Of a stretch of 64,000 nt of DNA, positions 21,680 through 32,465 are shown in pieces; position 1 is the first letter of the stretch, and the number at the start of each line of letters is the position of its first letter. Source of the DNA: an uncultured delta proteobacterium (lineage in GTDB: Bacteria; Desulfobacterota; Syntrophobacteria; BM002); assembly GCA_963712115.1 (NCBI GenBank), contig CAVQGX010000011.1, positions 1 through 64,000 on the forward strand, read 5' to 3'. A model generated the notes under the pieces. That model ran no database searches. It saw only the letters and a program-made list of their open reading frames with translations, and was not told where the DNA came from. The position numbers and the translations under genes are program-made.

Positions 21680-21681
21680 AG

Positions 21682-22467
21682 TCAAGTTTTATTTTTTACG
21701 TCCTGGTTCCGCTCAAAAATTATCCTGAGTCCTTCCAGGGTCAGATCGCCGTCCACTACTTCAATCTCTTCAGACTCAGCCGCAATCAGGCGAGCCAAAC
21801 CACCGGTGGCCACCACCATGGGATCGGTTCCAGCCTCTTCCTTGATCCTACGGACGATCCCGTCAACCAGACCAGCGTAACCGTAGACGATACCCACGTT
21901 CATGGCGCTAATTGTATCCTTGGTGAGTACACTTTTCGGTTTAGCGAAGATCTCTACTCTTGGCAGTTTGGAGGCTTTTTGGAAGAGTGCCTCACAGGAG
22001 ATCAGGACTCCTGGGCTAATGACTCCTCCCAGATATTCACCCTTTGGAGAGACATAATCGAAAGTTGTGGCGGTGCCGAAATCCACAACAATAACACTGG
22101 TTTTATACTTCTCGTATGCGGCTACAGCATTGACGATCCGGTCGGCTCCAATCTCTTTAGGATTGTCGTAATAAATCGGCATGCCAGTGCGGATTCCAGG
22201 TCCCACAATGAGCGGTTCAAGATCAAAGTATTTGTCGGCAAATTCTACCACAGTATTGAGCATTGGTGGCACGACACAAGAGGTCACCATGTGAGTTACG
22301 TCGCTAAATTGGACATTCTTGGCGGCAAACAGGTTGTTCATCAAAATGCCGTACTCATCGGCAGTCATATCCTGTTCTGTCCTTATGCGCCAATCAGTGA
22401 TTAACTCAGAGCCGCGGTACAGGCCGAGGACCGTATTGGTGTTGCCGATGTCGATAGCCAGTAGCAT
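21682..22467 (-). CDS. coaX: Type III pantothenate kinase
   Basis: [29 protein letters not shown]. Confidence 0.95.
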   Translation of the reverse strand: MLLAIDIGNTNTVLGLYRGSELITDWRIRTEQDMTADEYGILMNNLFAAKNVQFSDVTHMVTSCVVPPMLNTVVEFADKYFDLEPLIVGPGIRTGMPIYYDNPKEIGADRIVNAVAAYEKYKTSVIVVDFGTATTFDYVSPKGEYLGGVISPGVLISCEALFQKASKLPRVEIFAKPKSVLTKDTISAMNVGIVYGYAGLVDGIVRRIKEEAGTDPMVVATGGLARLIAAESEEIEVVDGDLTLEGLRIIFERNQDVKNKT

Positions 22468-22611
22468 TGAGAGTGCTTTCCTTCACAGGCTGCTGCTAAA
22501 AACCAATCCTGACCAGTTTCGCACGGGTTAAATAAACCACGAAGACCACTTGTGGTGGAAGCTTGGCCGTATGCGTTGGCGAAAGATAATTCCCCTTTCG
22601 GCAAAAACCCA

Positions 22612-23961
22612 TCAGGACATAACCCGCCCAATGACAGCCGCAGTTTCCTCAGCCAGTTGGACCACGCGATCTTGGTCCTTTCCTTCGATCATGACCCTTA
22701 TCACAGGCTCGGTTCCAGAGGGCCTAATGAGGAGGCGACCCTCGTCGCCGAGTTTCTCTTTGACCTGTTCCACAGTGCGGGTGATCTCGGGGAAATCCTC
22801 CAATGGCTTGCGCTCCTTAACCCGGACGTTCACCAGGTGCTGAGGATAGCGTTCCATGATAGAGGCCAGCTCAGAAAGGGGTTTGTCTTCAGCGAGCATT
22901 ACCTCCAAGAGTTGCAGGGCGGAGAGGATGCCGTCGCCAGTGGTGTTGTGGTCAAGAAAAATAATGTGGCCAGACTGTTCACCACCTAGATTGTAGTCTT
23001 CAGCTAACATTCTTTCCACTACATACCGGTCGCCAACCGCGGTCCGGACTAGTTTGCCACCCATGGATTTGAGGGTGATTTCAAGTCCCATGTTGCTCAT
23101 AACGGTGGTGACCAGAGTAGAGTGTTTAAGGGTTTGCTCCTTAAGCATACGGGAAGCAAATATGGCCATTAACTGGTCACCGTCTACCACTGTTCCCTTT
23201 TCATCAACACAGATCAAACGGTCTGCGTCTCCGTCAAAGGCAATGCCCAGCTGAGCACCAGATTCCTTTACCAGCTCAGCCGTCACCTGGGGATAGACAC
23301 TGCCGCAGTCTTCATTAATGTTGTAACCGTTAGGTTTTACTCCTGTCAGCACCAGATTGGCACCCAATTCCTCGAAGACAGCCGGCGCAACTTTGTAAGA
23401 GGCTCCGTTGGCACAGTCCATTGCTATTTTTATGCCGTCAAGAGTGAGATCCCTGGAAAAGGTGTTTTTCAGGAAAACCACGTAACGGCCCACGGCATCA
23501 TCCACTCGGAAAGCCTTGCCCACTTCCTCTGCAGTGGGACGAAGATGATCGATATCATTAGAGAAAATAAGCTCCTCGATTTTTTCCTCAATTGCATCGT
23601 CGAGTTTGAAACCGTCACGGGAGAAAAATTTGATGCCATTGTCTTGGAAGGGATTGTGGGAGGCAGATATGACTACACCAGCATCGGCTCGCATGCTGCT
23701 GGTGATAAAGGCGATTCCTGGCGTTGGCAGTGGGCCCACCAGGAGCACATCCACTCCCATGGAACAAATACCGGAGGCGATTGCATTCTCGATCATGTAG
23801 CCAGAGAGTCGGGTATCCTTACCTATAACAATCTTGTGACGGCGCTTGTCATTTTTGAAGGCGTAAGCAACACCTCTTCCCAACTGCATAGCCATCTCGG
23901 TGGTCATAGGGTACACATTGGCTACGCCCCTCACCCCGTCGGTGCCGAAGATCTTACCCAT
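22612..23961 (-). CDS. glmM: Phosphoglucosamine mutase
   Basis: [36 protein letters not shown]. Confidence 0.96.
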   Translation of the reverse strand: MGKIFGTDGVRGVANVYPMTTEMAMQLGRGVAYAFKNDKRRHKIVIGKDTRLSGYMIENAIASGICSMGVDVLLVGPLPTPGIAFITSSMRADAGVVISASHNPFQDNGIKFFSRDGFKLDDAIEEKIEELIFSNDIDHLRPTAEEVGKAFRVDDAVGRYVVFLKNTFSRDLTLDGIKIAMDCANGASYKVAPAVFEELGANLVLTGVKPNGYNINEDCGSVYPQVTAELVKESGAQLGIAFDGDADRLICVDEKGTVVDGDQLMAIFASRMLKEQTLKHSTLVTTVMSNMGLEITLKSMGGKLVRTAVGDRYVVERMLAEDYNLGGEQSGHIIFLDHNTTGDGILSALQLLEVMLAEDKPLSELASIMERYPQHLVNVRVKERKPLEDFPEITRTVEQVKEKLGDEGRLLIRPSGTEPVIRVMIEGKDQDRVVQLAEETAAVIGRVMS

Positions 23962-24075
23962 GGTGTGCCTCATGAGCGCAAAGCGCATGGCGCAGAGCGC
24001 ATAGCAAAATATTAAATTATTTCAATATGTTGAAAATTATCTGCCGGAGAAATCGCCAATGCCAAGCGCGTTGCC

Positions 24076-24924
24076 CTAGGCGTTCATAATGGCGTCGATC
24101 ATGTCTGCAATCTGACGGCAGGTAGTGACTTCATGGACCCGGACAATGTGGGCTCCTTTAATGATGCCGGCGCAGACCGTAGCCCAGGAACCAGGCTCAC
24201 GCTCAGTTACCTCCTTGTCCAGCACGGCACCAATAAATGATTTGCGCGAAGTCCCTAAAAGTATAGGCCGTCCGAGTGTCGCCAAGGAGTCCAGATGCTT
24301 AACAAGGAGTAAGTTGTGGCGTACAGTCTTGCCAAAACCAATGCCAGGATCAACGATGATCTGGTCTCGAGACACACCCGCCTCACAGGCAAATTGAATC
24401 CGTTCTTCAAGAAATCCTATTATTTCGGAGAGCAGCGATCCATAATGAGGCTCGAGCTGCATGGTGCGAGGGGATCCCTGCATGTGCATGAGAACGAGTG
24501 GGACCTGTGAGGTTGCAGCCAGTTGTACCAGTTCAGGGTCATAGCGGAGCCCGCTTATGTCATTGATCATTGTGGCACCTGCATCCAGGGCTGCTCTGGC
24601 AACTTGACCCTTACATGTATCAATTGATATGGGCAGAGAAGTGCGCTTGGCCAGTTCGCTCACAACCGGAATGACCCGCCGTAGCTCCTCTTCAATATCC
24701 ACCGAATCGGAAAACGGCCTGGTTGATTCGCCGCCCACATCAAGGACATCCGCCCCATCAGAGGCAAGCAACTCCCCTTGTTTGATGGCCTGGTCTGTTT
24801 TGTAGAAGAGGCCGCCGTCAGAAAATGAGTCGGGAGTAACGTTAATCGTCCCCATGAGCAGGGTCCGTCCGCCCAACTCCAGTGTATGATCACCGCAGCG
24901 AATGGTGAAGCGCGCCCGGTTCAC
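24076..24924 (-). CDS. folP: Dihydropteroate synthase
   Basis: [35 protein letters not shown]. Confidence 0.96.
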   Translation of the reverse strand: MNRARFTIRCGDHTLELGGRTLLMGTINVTPDSFSDGGLFYKTDQAIKQGELLASDGADVLDVGGESTRPFSDSVDIEEELRRVIPVVSELAKRTSLPISIDTCKGQVARAALDAGATMINDISGLRYDPELVQLAATSQVPLVLMHMQGSPRTMQLEPHYGSLLSEIIGFLEERIQFACEAGVSRDQIIVDPGIGFGKTVRHNLLLVKHLDSLATLGRPILLGTSRKSFIGAVLDKEVTEREPGSWATVCAGIIKGAHIVRVHEVTTCRQIADMIDAIMNA

Positions 24925-26876
24925 GCCTGGGTCTCTCCGAGTTTGTCCTTGGGAAGGTCTCTTTCTTTGGCGGTAACGGGATCCCTCTTTTTCTCAGGTT
25001 CCGGTTGAGGCTGGCTGACCTTGCTTTTGCCGCGTTCCTCCGCAACCACATCCTCAGCGGTCACAGTTCGGGTGAACTCTTGGCCGGGCTTGGTGGCCAC
25101 TATGATGGCATCGATTTCTTTGCCGCCCAAGGTTTCCTTGTCGATTAGAGTCTCGGCGATTTTGTGGAGAAGGTCCTCGTGCTCCTGGAGAATTTTTTTG
25201 GCGGTATCATAGGCCTCTTCGACTATGCGGCGCACTTCCTCATCGATTTTGATGGCAGTCTGCTCACTGTAGTCTCGATGCTGGGCAATCTCCCGACCAA
25301 GAAAGATAGCCTCCTCTTTCTGACCGAAAGCGATTGGCCCCAGAGATTCACTCATGCCATAAACTGTAACCATTTTGCGGGCTATATTAGTGGCCTTGTC
25401 TATGTCATCACTGGCACCACTGGTGCGGTGATTGAAAGCGAGCTCTTCGGCAACCCTACCGCCCATGAGTTTGGCCAGGGTGTTTTTCATGTACTCTTGA
25501 TCATAAGAGAGCCGATCTTCTATGGGCAGGGTCATTGTCACTCCCAGGGCGCGGCCCCGGGGGATGATACTTACTTTGTGGACCGGGTCTGTTCCAGGAA
25601 GAAATTTGGCCACCAGGGCGTGGCCCACCTCGTGGTAGGCGGTGTTGCGCTTTTCTTTTTCGCTCATTATCATGCTCTTGCGCTCGGTGCCCATGAGTAC
25701 CTTGTCTTTGGCCTGGTCCAGGTCGACCATCTCCACCTGGTCTTTGTTCAGCCGAGCGGCGAGCAAGGCGGCCTCATTCACCAGGTTTTCCAGATCAGCT
25801 CCGGAAAAGCCCGGGGTGCCGCGGGCAACCACGCTGAGGTCTACATCAGAGGACAGAGGCGTTTGCCGCACATGAACTTTAAGTATGCCCTCTCTGCCCC
25901 TTATATCTGGCAGGGGAACCACTACCTGACGGTCGAAGCGGCCTGGACGCAGCAGGGCAGGGTCGAGGACATCGGGGCGGTTCGTCGCAGAAATTAGAAT
26001 GACACCATCGTTTGACTCAAAGCCGTCCATTTCCACCAGCAGCTGATTCAACGTCTGTTCGCGTTCGTCGTGGCCACCTCCAAGGCCGGCCCCACGGTGT
26101 CTCCCCACAGCGTCAATCTCGTCAATGAAGATGATACAGGGGGCATGTTTTTTGCCCTGAACGAAGAGATCTCGGACCCGAGAAGCGCCAACGCCCACAA
26201 ACATCTCAACAAAATCGGACCCACTAATATTGAAAAACGGCACTCCCGCCTCACCGGCAATAGCTCTAGCCAGTAGGGTTTTTCCAGTACCAGGAGCGCC
26301 AACGAGAAGTACACCTTTGGGTATTCGCCCCCCTAGTCTGGTGAATTTTTTTGGATCACGCAGGAATTCAATAACTTCTTCGAGTTCTTCTTTGGCCTCC
26401 TCAATGCCGGCCACATCCTCGAAGGTCACCTTGCGAGCTGAGTCTGAAATCAACCTTGCTCTGCTTTTGCCGAAGGACATAGCTTTGCCGCCACCGGCCT
26501 GCATTTGGCGCATGAAAAAGATCCATACGGCAATGAGAAGGAGCATGGGGAACCAGCTGATGAGGATAGTCATGAACCAAGGAGACTCTTCCACAGCTTT
26601 GGCGGAAATCTGTACTCCCTTGTCTCTTAGCTCCCGAATAAGGTTAGGATCATTGGGAACAAAAGTCCTAAATGAGGTTCCGTCTTTGTACTTGCCGTAA
26701 ATGTCATTTCCCTGGATGGTTACCTGATTCACTTCACCGTCGGACACGGCGGCGATGAACTCGCTATAGCTCGTTTCCTGCTTGCTTTGGCCAGGATGGT
26801 TGAACATGTTGAAGAGCAAGATCACCATCAAGCTGATAACCAGCCAGAGGGCTAGATTTTTGTAAAAAGGGCTCAA
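24921..26876 (-). CDS. ftsH: ATP-dependent zinc metalloprotease FtsH
   Basis: Two TM helices, [28 protein letters not shown]; TTG start at 26876 with SD GAGGAG. Confidence 0.97.
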   Translation of the reverse strand: MSPFYKNLALWLVISLMVILLFNMFNHPGQSKQETSYSEFIAAVSDGEVNQVTIQGNDIYGKYKDGTSFRTFVPNDPNLIRELRDKGVQISAKAVEESPWFMTILISWFPMLLLIAVWIFFMRQMQAGGGKAMSFGKSRARLISDSARKVTFEDVAGIEEAKEELEEVIEFLRDPKKFTRLGGRIPKGVLLVGAPGTGKTLLARAIAGEAGVPFFNISGSDFVEMFVGVGASRVRDLFVQGKKHAPCIIFIDEIDAVGRHRGAGLGGGHDEREQTLNQLLVEMDGFESNDGVILISATNRPDVLDPALLRPGRFDRQVVVPLPDIRGREGILKVHVRQTPLSSDVDLSVVARGTPGFSGADLENLVNEAALLAARLNKDQVEMVDLDQAKDKVLMGTERKSMIMSEKEKRNTAYHEVGHALVAKFLPGTDPVHKVSIIPRGRALGVTMTLPIEDRLSYDQEYMKNTLAKLMGGRVAEELAFNHRTSGASDDIDKATNIARKMVTVYGMSESLGPIAFGQKEEAIFLGREIAQHRDYSEQTAIKIDEEVRRIVEEAYDTAKKILQEHEDLLHKIAETLIDKETLGGKEIDAIIVATKPGQEFTRTVTAEDVVAEERGKSKVSQPQPEPEKKRDPVTAKERDLPKDKLGETQA

Positions 26877-27039
26877 TTGTTCTCTCCTCAAACTTGGAGG
26901 TCAAACCACCAATTTCCAGTTTGTACTACTAGCATACCAAATTAGTCATTGCAAAGTAAATGTCAACGACGATACCGTTGGGCCTATAAGGGCTTAGACA
27001 ACATAGTGACAATGCTCTCGACTTCTATTTTCACTCCCT

Positions 27040-27279
27040 TAGCCCGGATATTTCATTAATTGCTGTCGGGAGACCACGAAGATGGGCGTGCCTGCCCGCC
27101 ATGCGAGCAAGGCGAGGCGGGCGGGCCACCGGGCAACCGTCCCGCGGTATCGCGGGATTGGTCCCGAGGCGTACCTTAACGTTACGTCGCAGGGGTCGAC
27201 ACCCGAGGACGCACGGAAGGGCGGCCGTATCCGTGGTCGCAGTCACGCCAGGGTGTGAATTCATGAAATATCCTGGCTA
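27040..27279 (-). mobile_element. MITE-like element family A, copy 2 (inverted)
   Basis: TA-GCCCGGATATTTCATTAAT ... ATTCATGAAATATCCTGGC-TA; carries an extra 35-bp hairpin CCTGCCCGCC..GGCGGGCGGG. Confidence 0.85.
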
Positions 27280-27292
27280 GGCCAATACAGCT

Positions 27293-27308
27293 TGCGAAAG
27301 ACGTGCCA
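27293..27308 (-). promoter_or_regulatory. Putative sigma54 promoter pointing into MITE copy 2 and ftsH
   Basis: TGGCACG-TCTT-TCGCA (GG-N10-GC). Confidence 0.5.
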
Positions 27309-27329
27309 GACCGGGCACCCGACCAGTAA

Positions 27330-27662
27330 TGGCAAAGAGCAAGGAGCCAGGAGTCAGAATCCAGAATTCAGGAGAAAAGCTATCAAAATTGACTTCATCT
27401 GAGCTACCGCCTCTTTGAACCGCAGAATGTCGAACAAGGAATTTCGAATATCGAAGTGATCACTTCATCATTCTGCGGTTCCTTGTTCTGCTGTTCGATA
27501 TGCAGTACTTTGAACAATCTGTCGTCTGTCGTCTGTTCTCTGACCTCTCATCGCCGTCTCGCCGTTTCTCCGCTTCCCCGCGTCATCCTGCTGTGCCTAG
27601 TGCTTAGTCCCTAGTGCCTAGTTGAAACGGCTGCCCGCTGCCTGCTGTCAGCTGATAACTGC
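27330..27662. repeat. Mosaic of periodic and palindromic repeat blocks between tilS and ftsH
   Basis: GGAGCCA GGAGTCA GAATCCA GAATTCA; GAACCGCAGAATG..CATTCTGCGGTTC palindrome; TCTGTCG x2; TGCCTAG TGCTTAG TCCCTAG TGCCTAG; CTGCCCG CTGCCTG CTGTCAG. Confidence 0.7.
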
Positions 27663-29063
27663 TTACTCCACTCCCTCCACATAGAGGAGTCGTAACAGCC
27701 GGTTAGTGTTTGCCGTTACTTTGACGCGATCGTCCAGCCGCAGGCCAACAACCCAGATAATTTGTTCTCCGCTGCAAAGAATTGGGACCCTGCGACGATG
27801 GCTTCTCGGGATTTTGGCATCGATGAAGAATTTTTTGAGTTTTTTACCACCACCCAGTCCCAGGGGGCGGAAGCGGTCTCCGGCCTTGCTAGACCTGAGC
27901 ACCAGGGGAAAAGAGACCATGTCCAGGTCCATGAGGGCTTCGTTGGGATGGCGACCAAACTCAGAAGCCAGATTCGTGGCAGCGTATTCCAGCACCATCC
28001 TGTGATTCAAGCGGGGAAGGGGGTAGGAGCCAGGTCCAGCCATTTCGTAATAGAAATCTTCAGGGGTCTGGTAGCGCAAGCCAATGGTCAACCAGCTATA
28101 ATTCTTCTCTGCTCGAACCTCTCCCGGCAGGTCAATCTGGCTGTTGGCGGCAGCAGAGCGACACAGTCGCAAGAGAATTTCCGTGTGATGAAAACCAAAG
28201 TTTCTTAGGTCTCCCTTAACCTTTTCCACCACCCGACGGAGCAAGCGCTTTTGCATGGCAGGGTGAGTTTCTAGGAGCGGTCCAATGGGAAGACGAAGCC
28301 CGCCTTCCTCGCATTCAGCAGAATGTTGATCCAACCACTGACATAATAGCGATTCCCAGAATTCCTCTTCCTCACGAAAGATATTGCTGGTCCGCAGTAA
28401 GGTGGCATTTAAATTGCTATTGAAATGTTGCTGTAGCCGTGGCAGCAATTCCAGCCGTAATAAGTTGCGCTGGCACCACGGCTTCAAATTGGACTCATCT
28501 TGCCGGAAGGCAAGGCTCTGGTTTTCAAGATAGGACGTAATTTCGTAACGGTGGCATTCTAGCAACGGTCGAATTACTCCGTTGTGGTTGCGGGGCGGCA
28601 TGCCGGTAAGACCGCGCTGGCCTGCACCGCGAAAGATTCGGAGCAGGATTTCTTCAGCCTGATCGTCAGCATTGTGGCCTAGGGCAAGCTTGCTGGCGCC
28701 TTCATTGGCCATAATCTGGTGCAGACATTGGTAGCGAAGCGCCCGGGCAGCCATTTGCAGTGAGCCACCATGCTCCTTTCGCCAGCTGTGGACATTTACT
28801 CGTTGCACCACAATCGGCAGCCCCAATTGGCGGGCAAGATCTTGGACAAATTCGGCGTCATGGTCAGCTTCACTGCCACGAAGACCATGATGGACATGAG
28901 CTACCACCAGTTCGATACGGTAGGTCTGCCGCAGCTGATGGAGGATGTGACAGAGAGCTACCGAATCAGGGCCGCCAGATACGGCCACAAGCACGCGGTC
29001 TCCGGGCTGGAGCATACTGTAGGCTGCCAGAGTATTTTGCACCTTTTTAAGCAGCATGGACAC
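27663..29063 (-). CDS. tilS: tRNA(Ile)-lysidine synthetase
   Basis: AVSGGPDS, HHGLRG, ARALRY, HNADDQAE, IRPLL; conserved position upstream of ftsH. Confidence 0.95.
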   Translation of the reverse strand: MSMLLKKVQNTLAAYSMLQPGDRVLVAVSGGPDSVALCHILHQLRQTYRIELVVAHVHHGLRGSEADHDAEFVQDLARQLGLPIVVQRVNVHSWRKEHGGSLQMAARALRYQCLHQIMANEGASKLALGHNADDQAEEILLRIFRGAGQRGLTGMPPRNHNGVIRPLLECHRYEITSYLENQSLAFRQDESNLKPWCQRNLLRLELLPRLQQHFNSNLNATLLRTSNIFREEEEFWESLLCQWLDQHSAECEEGGLRLPIGPLLETHPAMQKRLLRRVVEKVKGDLRNFGFHHTEILLRLCRSAAANSQIDLPGEVRAEKNYSWLTIGLRYQTPEDFYYEMAGPGSYPLPRLNHRMVLEYAATNLASEFGRHPNEALMDLDMVSFPLVLRSSKAGDRFRPLGLGGGKKLKKFFIDAKIPRSHRRRVPILCSGEQIIWVVGLRLDDRVKVTANTNRLLRLLYVEGVE

Positions 29064-29297
29064 CTTTGTTGTGGAGTATTGGATTGTTCCGACTAAACAA
29101 TAATTATACGAGAGCAGTTAAACCCTGTCCAGTAGGGTACCAGGGAGATTTAGAGTCAGCTGCATATCTATTGTAAATATATCAAGGATATGCTAATGAA
29201 CTCCAAAGGCGAAGACACCCCCAAGCAGGTTTTGCTTTCAGTGCCACCAGGCGGTGAGCTTCTTTCTACAATGGATGACAGACGGTAAATTCGGACT

Positions 29298-31463
29298 ATG
29301 CGACGTAAAAAGCTTGGTCAGATTCTAGTGGAAGCGGGATTGATCAGTGAAGATCAGCTGGTCTTAGCACTGGAAGAACAAAAAAAGGGAACAAAGAAAC
29401 ATCTGGGCAAGATCATCGTTGAGAATGAGTGGGCCAAGAATGAGGACATTTGCCAGGCCCTGTCCAAACAGCTCAACATACCGCATGTCAAACTGAAGGA
29501 TCTGGATATACCGGACGAGGTCCTCGAGACTATTTCCCGAAAGCAGGCGAACAGAAGGCTCATCATTCCCTATGAAAAGACAGGAAGACGTCTGCGTATT
29601 GCCATGGCCAATCCACTGGATTACGGCACTATCAACGAGGTCAAGTTCAGAACGGGACTTGATGTGTCAGTAGCGGTTGCTGCCGAAGAGGATATCCGTG
29701 AGGCTATAGACGAAAAATACGGGGGTGATTTTGACTTTGATATGTTCGCCACCATGGTTCCCACCGAGGAGGTGGAAGTTCTCGCCGAGGAGCGAGAAGA
29801 CAATGAATACGACGTAGACGAGCTCATCCGTCAGTCTGAAATAGCTCCCATAGTCAGGTTGACCAATGCGATTCTTGCCGACGCCATCAAACTGAGCGCC
29901 AGCGACATCCACATCGAGCCGCATGAAAAAGAGGTGTCTGTGCGCTACCGCATCGATGGGATGATGAAAAATATCTTCAAGGTCGGCCTACCAGCTTTGG
30001 CCCCCCTCGTATCCAGAATCAAAATCATAGGTGATATGGACATTGCGGTTAAGCGGCGTCCACAGGACGGCCGTACCAAGCTTAAAGTCGGAAATAATCA
30101 ATTTGACATGCGGATATCCACCCTGCCCACTATTTTTGGCGAGAAGGTGGTCATCCGTATACTAGACCAGTCCAAGGCCTTCATTGATCTTGAAGCACTT
30201 GGATTCAAATCTGACGACCTGTCAGTTTACACCTCCATGCTCACGAGACCGCAAGGTATAGTCCTGGTCACAGGACCGACTGGGAGCGGCAAGAGCACAA
30301 CCCTTTATGGATCTCTTAACCGCTTGAGATCAGAAGTGATAAACATCGTAACTGTAGAAGACCCGGTGGAGTATCAGCTGCCAGGTATCAGCCAGGTCCA
30401 GGTTAACGAAAGGGCAGGAATAACATTTGCCTCAGGACTGCGCTCCATCCTCCGCCAGGACCCCAACGTGGTCATGGTGGGCGAGATCCGCGATGCGGAG
30501 ACAGCAAAAATAGCTTTCCAGGCCGCCAACACCGGTCACTTGGTCTTAACAACCTTGCACACCAACGATGCCTCTTCGGCGGTGACTCGCCTGGTGGACT
30601 TGGGGGTCGACCCTTATGTGATCGCCTCATCGCTTCTTTGCGTGCTGGCACAGCGGCTGGTTAGGAAAAACTGTCCCCATTGCCTGGTGTCTGACAAGGT
30701 GGACAAACAGCTTCTCAGCAGATTGGGATTCTCCGATAAGAAAAACTTTGAAAATAAGATCAAGAAAGGTCAAGGGTGTGAAGCCTGTCAGTTTACAGGC
30801 TACATGGGGCGAATTGGAATCTACGAGGTCCTCAAGTCTGACGATGAACTGAGGAAGCTTATTGTCAAAGGCGCCTCAGATACTGAGATTGCAGAGAATG
30901 CCAGAGAGCGAGGAATCGACGACATGTTCGGCGACTGCCGCGACAAGCTTCTTAAGGGAGTAACCTCGGTTGAAGAGTTAATGAGGGTGGCGCCGCCGCG
31001 CGAGACAAAAGGTTTTGAGGCCATAGTGGAGGAGACAGTTGCAGAACCAACGGTAGATAAAGGTGTTAAGCCATCGAGGGGTAAGCTGCGGATTTTGGCG
31101 GTGGACGACGATCCTTTCATCCGCAAGATGCTGGAAAAGGTACTGACTGAAGCCCAATACGATGTGGTGCTGGCCACGGATGGGGAGGAAGCCCTGGAAA
31201 AGGTTTATAGGGAGAGGCCCGATCTGATTATCTCCGATGTGGTGATGCCCAAACTTGATGGTCTTTCCCTGGTTAAAAAGCTTAAAGGTCACCTGCAGAC
31301 CAGTATAGTACCGGTGATTCTTCTCACCTCTATGGACGAGGTAGAAAATGAGGTGGAGGGCCTGGAGGCCGGCGCCGATGATTATATTCCCAAGCCCATT
31401 GTCGCCAATCTGCTGCTGGCGAGAATCAACCGGGTGCTAGCCATTTACGGTCGGGAACAGTAG
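29298..31463 (+). CDS. PilB/GspE-family secretion ATPase with N-terminal MshEN-like domain and C-terminal receiver (REC) domain
   Basis: KLGQILVEAGLISEDQL..AL..Q; SDIHIEP; GPTGSGKST; TVEDPVE; LRQDPNVVMVGEIRD; TGHLVLTTLH; CPHC/CEAC; REC with AVDDD, IISDVVMP, LLT, YIPKP. Confidence 0.92.
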   Translation: MRRKKLGQILVEAGLISEDQLVLALEEQKKGTKKHLGKIIVENEWAKNEDICQALSKQLNIPHVKLKDLDIPDEVLETISRKQANRRLIIPYEKTGRRLRIAMANPLDYGTINEVKFRTGLDVSVAVAAEEDIREAIDEKYGGDFDFDMFATMVPTEEVEVLAEEREDNEYDVDELIRQSEIAPIVRLTNAILADAIKLSASDIHIEPHEKEVSVRYRIDGMMKNIFKVGLPALAPLVSRIKIIGDMDIAVKRRPQDGRTKLKVGNNQFDMRISTLPTIFGEKVVIRILDQSKAFIDLEALGFKSDDLSVYTSMLTRPQGIVLVTGPTGSGKSTTLYGSLNRLRSEVINIVTVEDPVEYQLPGISQVQVNERAGITFASGLRSILRQDPNVVMVGEIRDAETAKIAFQAANTGHLVLTTLHTNDASSAVTRLVDLGVDPYVIASSLLCVLAQRLVRKNCPHCLVSDKVDKQLLSRLGFSDKKNFENKIKKGQGCEACQFTGYMGRIGIYEVLKSDDELRKLIVKGASDTEIAENARERGIDDMFGDCRDKLLKGVTSVEELMRVAPPRETKGFEAIVEETVAEPTVDKGVKPSRGKLRILAVDDDPFIRKMLEKVLTEAQYDVVLATDGEEALEKVYRERPDLIISDVVMPKLDGLSLVKKLKGHLQTSIVPVILLTSMDEVENEVEGLEAGADDYIPKPIVANLLLARINRVLAIYGREQ

Positions 31464-31481
31464 GAGTGAGGAGTTTATTCC

Positions 31482-32018
31482 ATGCCAGATTTCCCAACCG
31501 GACCAGGGAAAAAAGTTCTTGAGCAGGTCCGCCGGGCTCAGCAAAACCAACTCGCCCCAGACAGTTTAGATTCCCCCCAGCAAGAATATCTCACTTTCCG
31601 CCTCAATGAGGAATGGTACGGTTTGAGCGTGTATCAGCTGGTGGAGGTCTTGCCGACGCCCAAGATTACCAGGGTTCCCAGTGTTCCCAATCACATCCTC
31701 GGGGTCATGAATTTTAGGGGGGAAGTTCTATCGGCCATTGATTTGAAAAAGTTTTTCGGATTGCCCCAAAGCAAAGCAACCACGGATCCGGCTATAGTCG
31801 TGGTAGAACACGGTGAGAGGCAAACGGGTTTGCTGGTAGACGAGATTGGTGACCTAATAGGTCTGGCTCCAGAGGATTTGAGTGAGGAACCAATTACCAC
31901 GGGTGAGTCACAGCGATTATTCTTTGAGGGGGCTGCCCACTGGGGCGAGATCCTCATAAGCATCATCAAGCTAGAAGGGATTTTTCAATCAGATGCTATG
32001 TACTCGCAGCGAGGATAA
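31482..32018 (+). CDS. cheW: Chemotaxis protein CheW
   Basis: YLTFRLNEEWYG, ITRVP, LGVMNFRGEVL, GLLVDEI. Confidence 0.92.
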   Translation: MPDFPTGPGKKVLEQVRRAQQNQLAPDSLDSPQQEYLTFRLNEEWYGLSVYQLVEVLPTPKITRVPSVPNHILGVMNFRGEVLSAIDLKKFFGLPQSKATTDPAIVVVEHGERQTGLLVDEIGDLIGLAPEDLSEEPITTGESQRLFFEGAAHWGEILISIIKLEGIFQSDAMYSQRG

Positions 32019-32021
32019 ACC

Positions 32022-32438
32022 ATGGTAGGCACCGACGAGGCTTCTACCCTGGCAATTCTCACCTTTTGGGTTGGTCCCTTCCTGTTAGGTGTGGAGGCCG
32101 ATCAGATAGTCAGGTTGCCCAGTCCCCCCCGGCAAAAAGCACCGACTCTAGAAATTGGATTAGCTGATATTCTACCCATGCTGGATTTAAGGACAGCCTG
32201 CGGTCTGCCTCCAGCGCCAAGTGAAGATCAGCGGCAACTCCTGGTGATAGATCAGGGTGGGGAACAGGTGGGATATAAAGTTGATAAGGTAGGCGATCTC
32301 ATATCGGTTGACATCTCCAGACATGTTTGGAAGCTACCGCCTTTGCTTGAAATTCAGAAGCGATGGCAGCAACTTTGGGGTGTCTGCCAATGGAAGGATG
32401 AGTTGGTCCTGCTAGTGGATCTTCAGTATAAGTCCTAA
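32022..32438 (+). CDS. cheW: Divergent CheW-like protein
   Basis: LPMLDLR, GYKVDKVGDL, LVLLVDL. Confidence 0.75.
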   Translation: MVGTDEASTLAILTFWVGPFLLGVEADQIVRLPSPPRQKAPTLEIGLADILPMLDLRTACGLPPAPSEDQRQLLVIDQGGEQVGYKVDKVGDLISVDISRHVWKLPPLLEIQKRWQQLWGVCQWKDELVLLVDLQYKS

Positions 32439-32465
32439 AAACGGTCAAGGAGGGATCTATTTCCC

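Noticed and set aside
27031-27264. Similar short ORFs in the track (21537-21728, 27031-27264, 60238-60450, 60221-60676)
   Set aside because: They are translations of the GC-rich MITE; frames and lengths are not conserved among copies.
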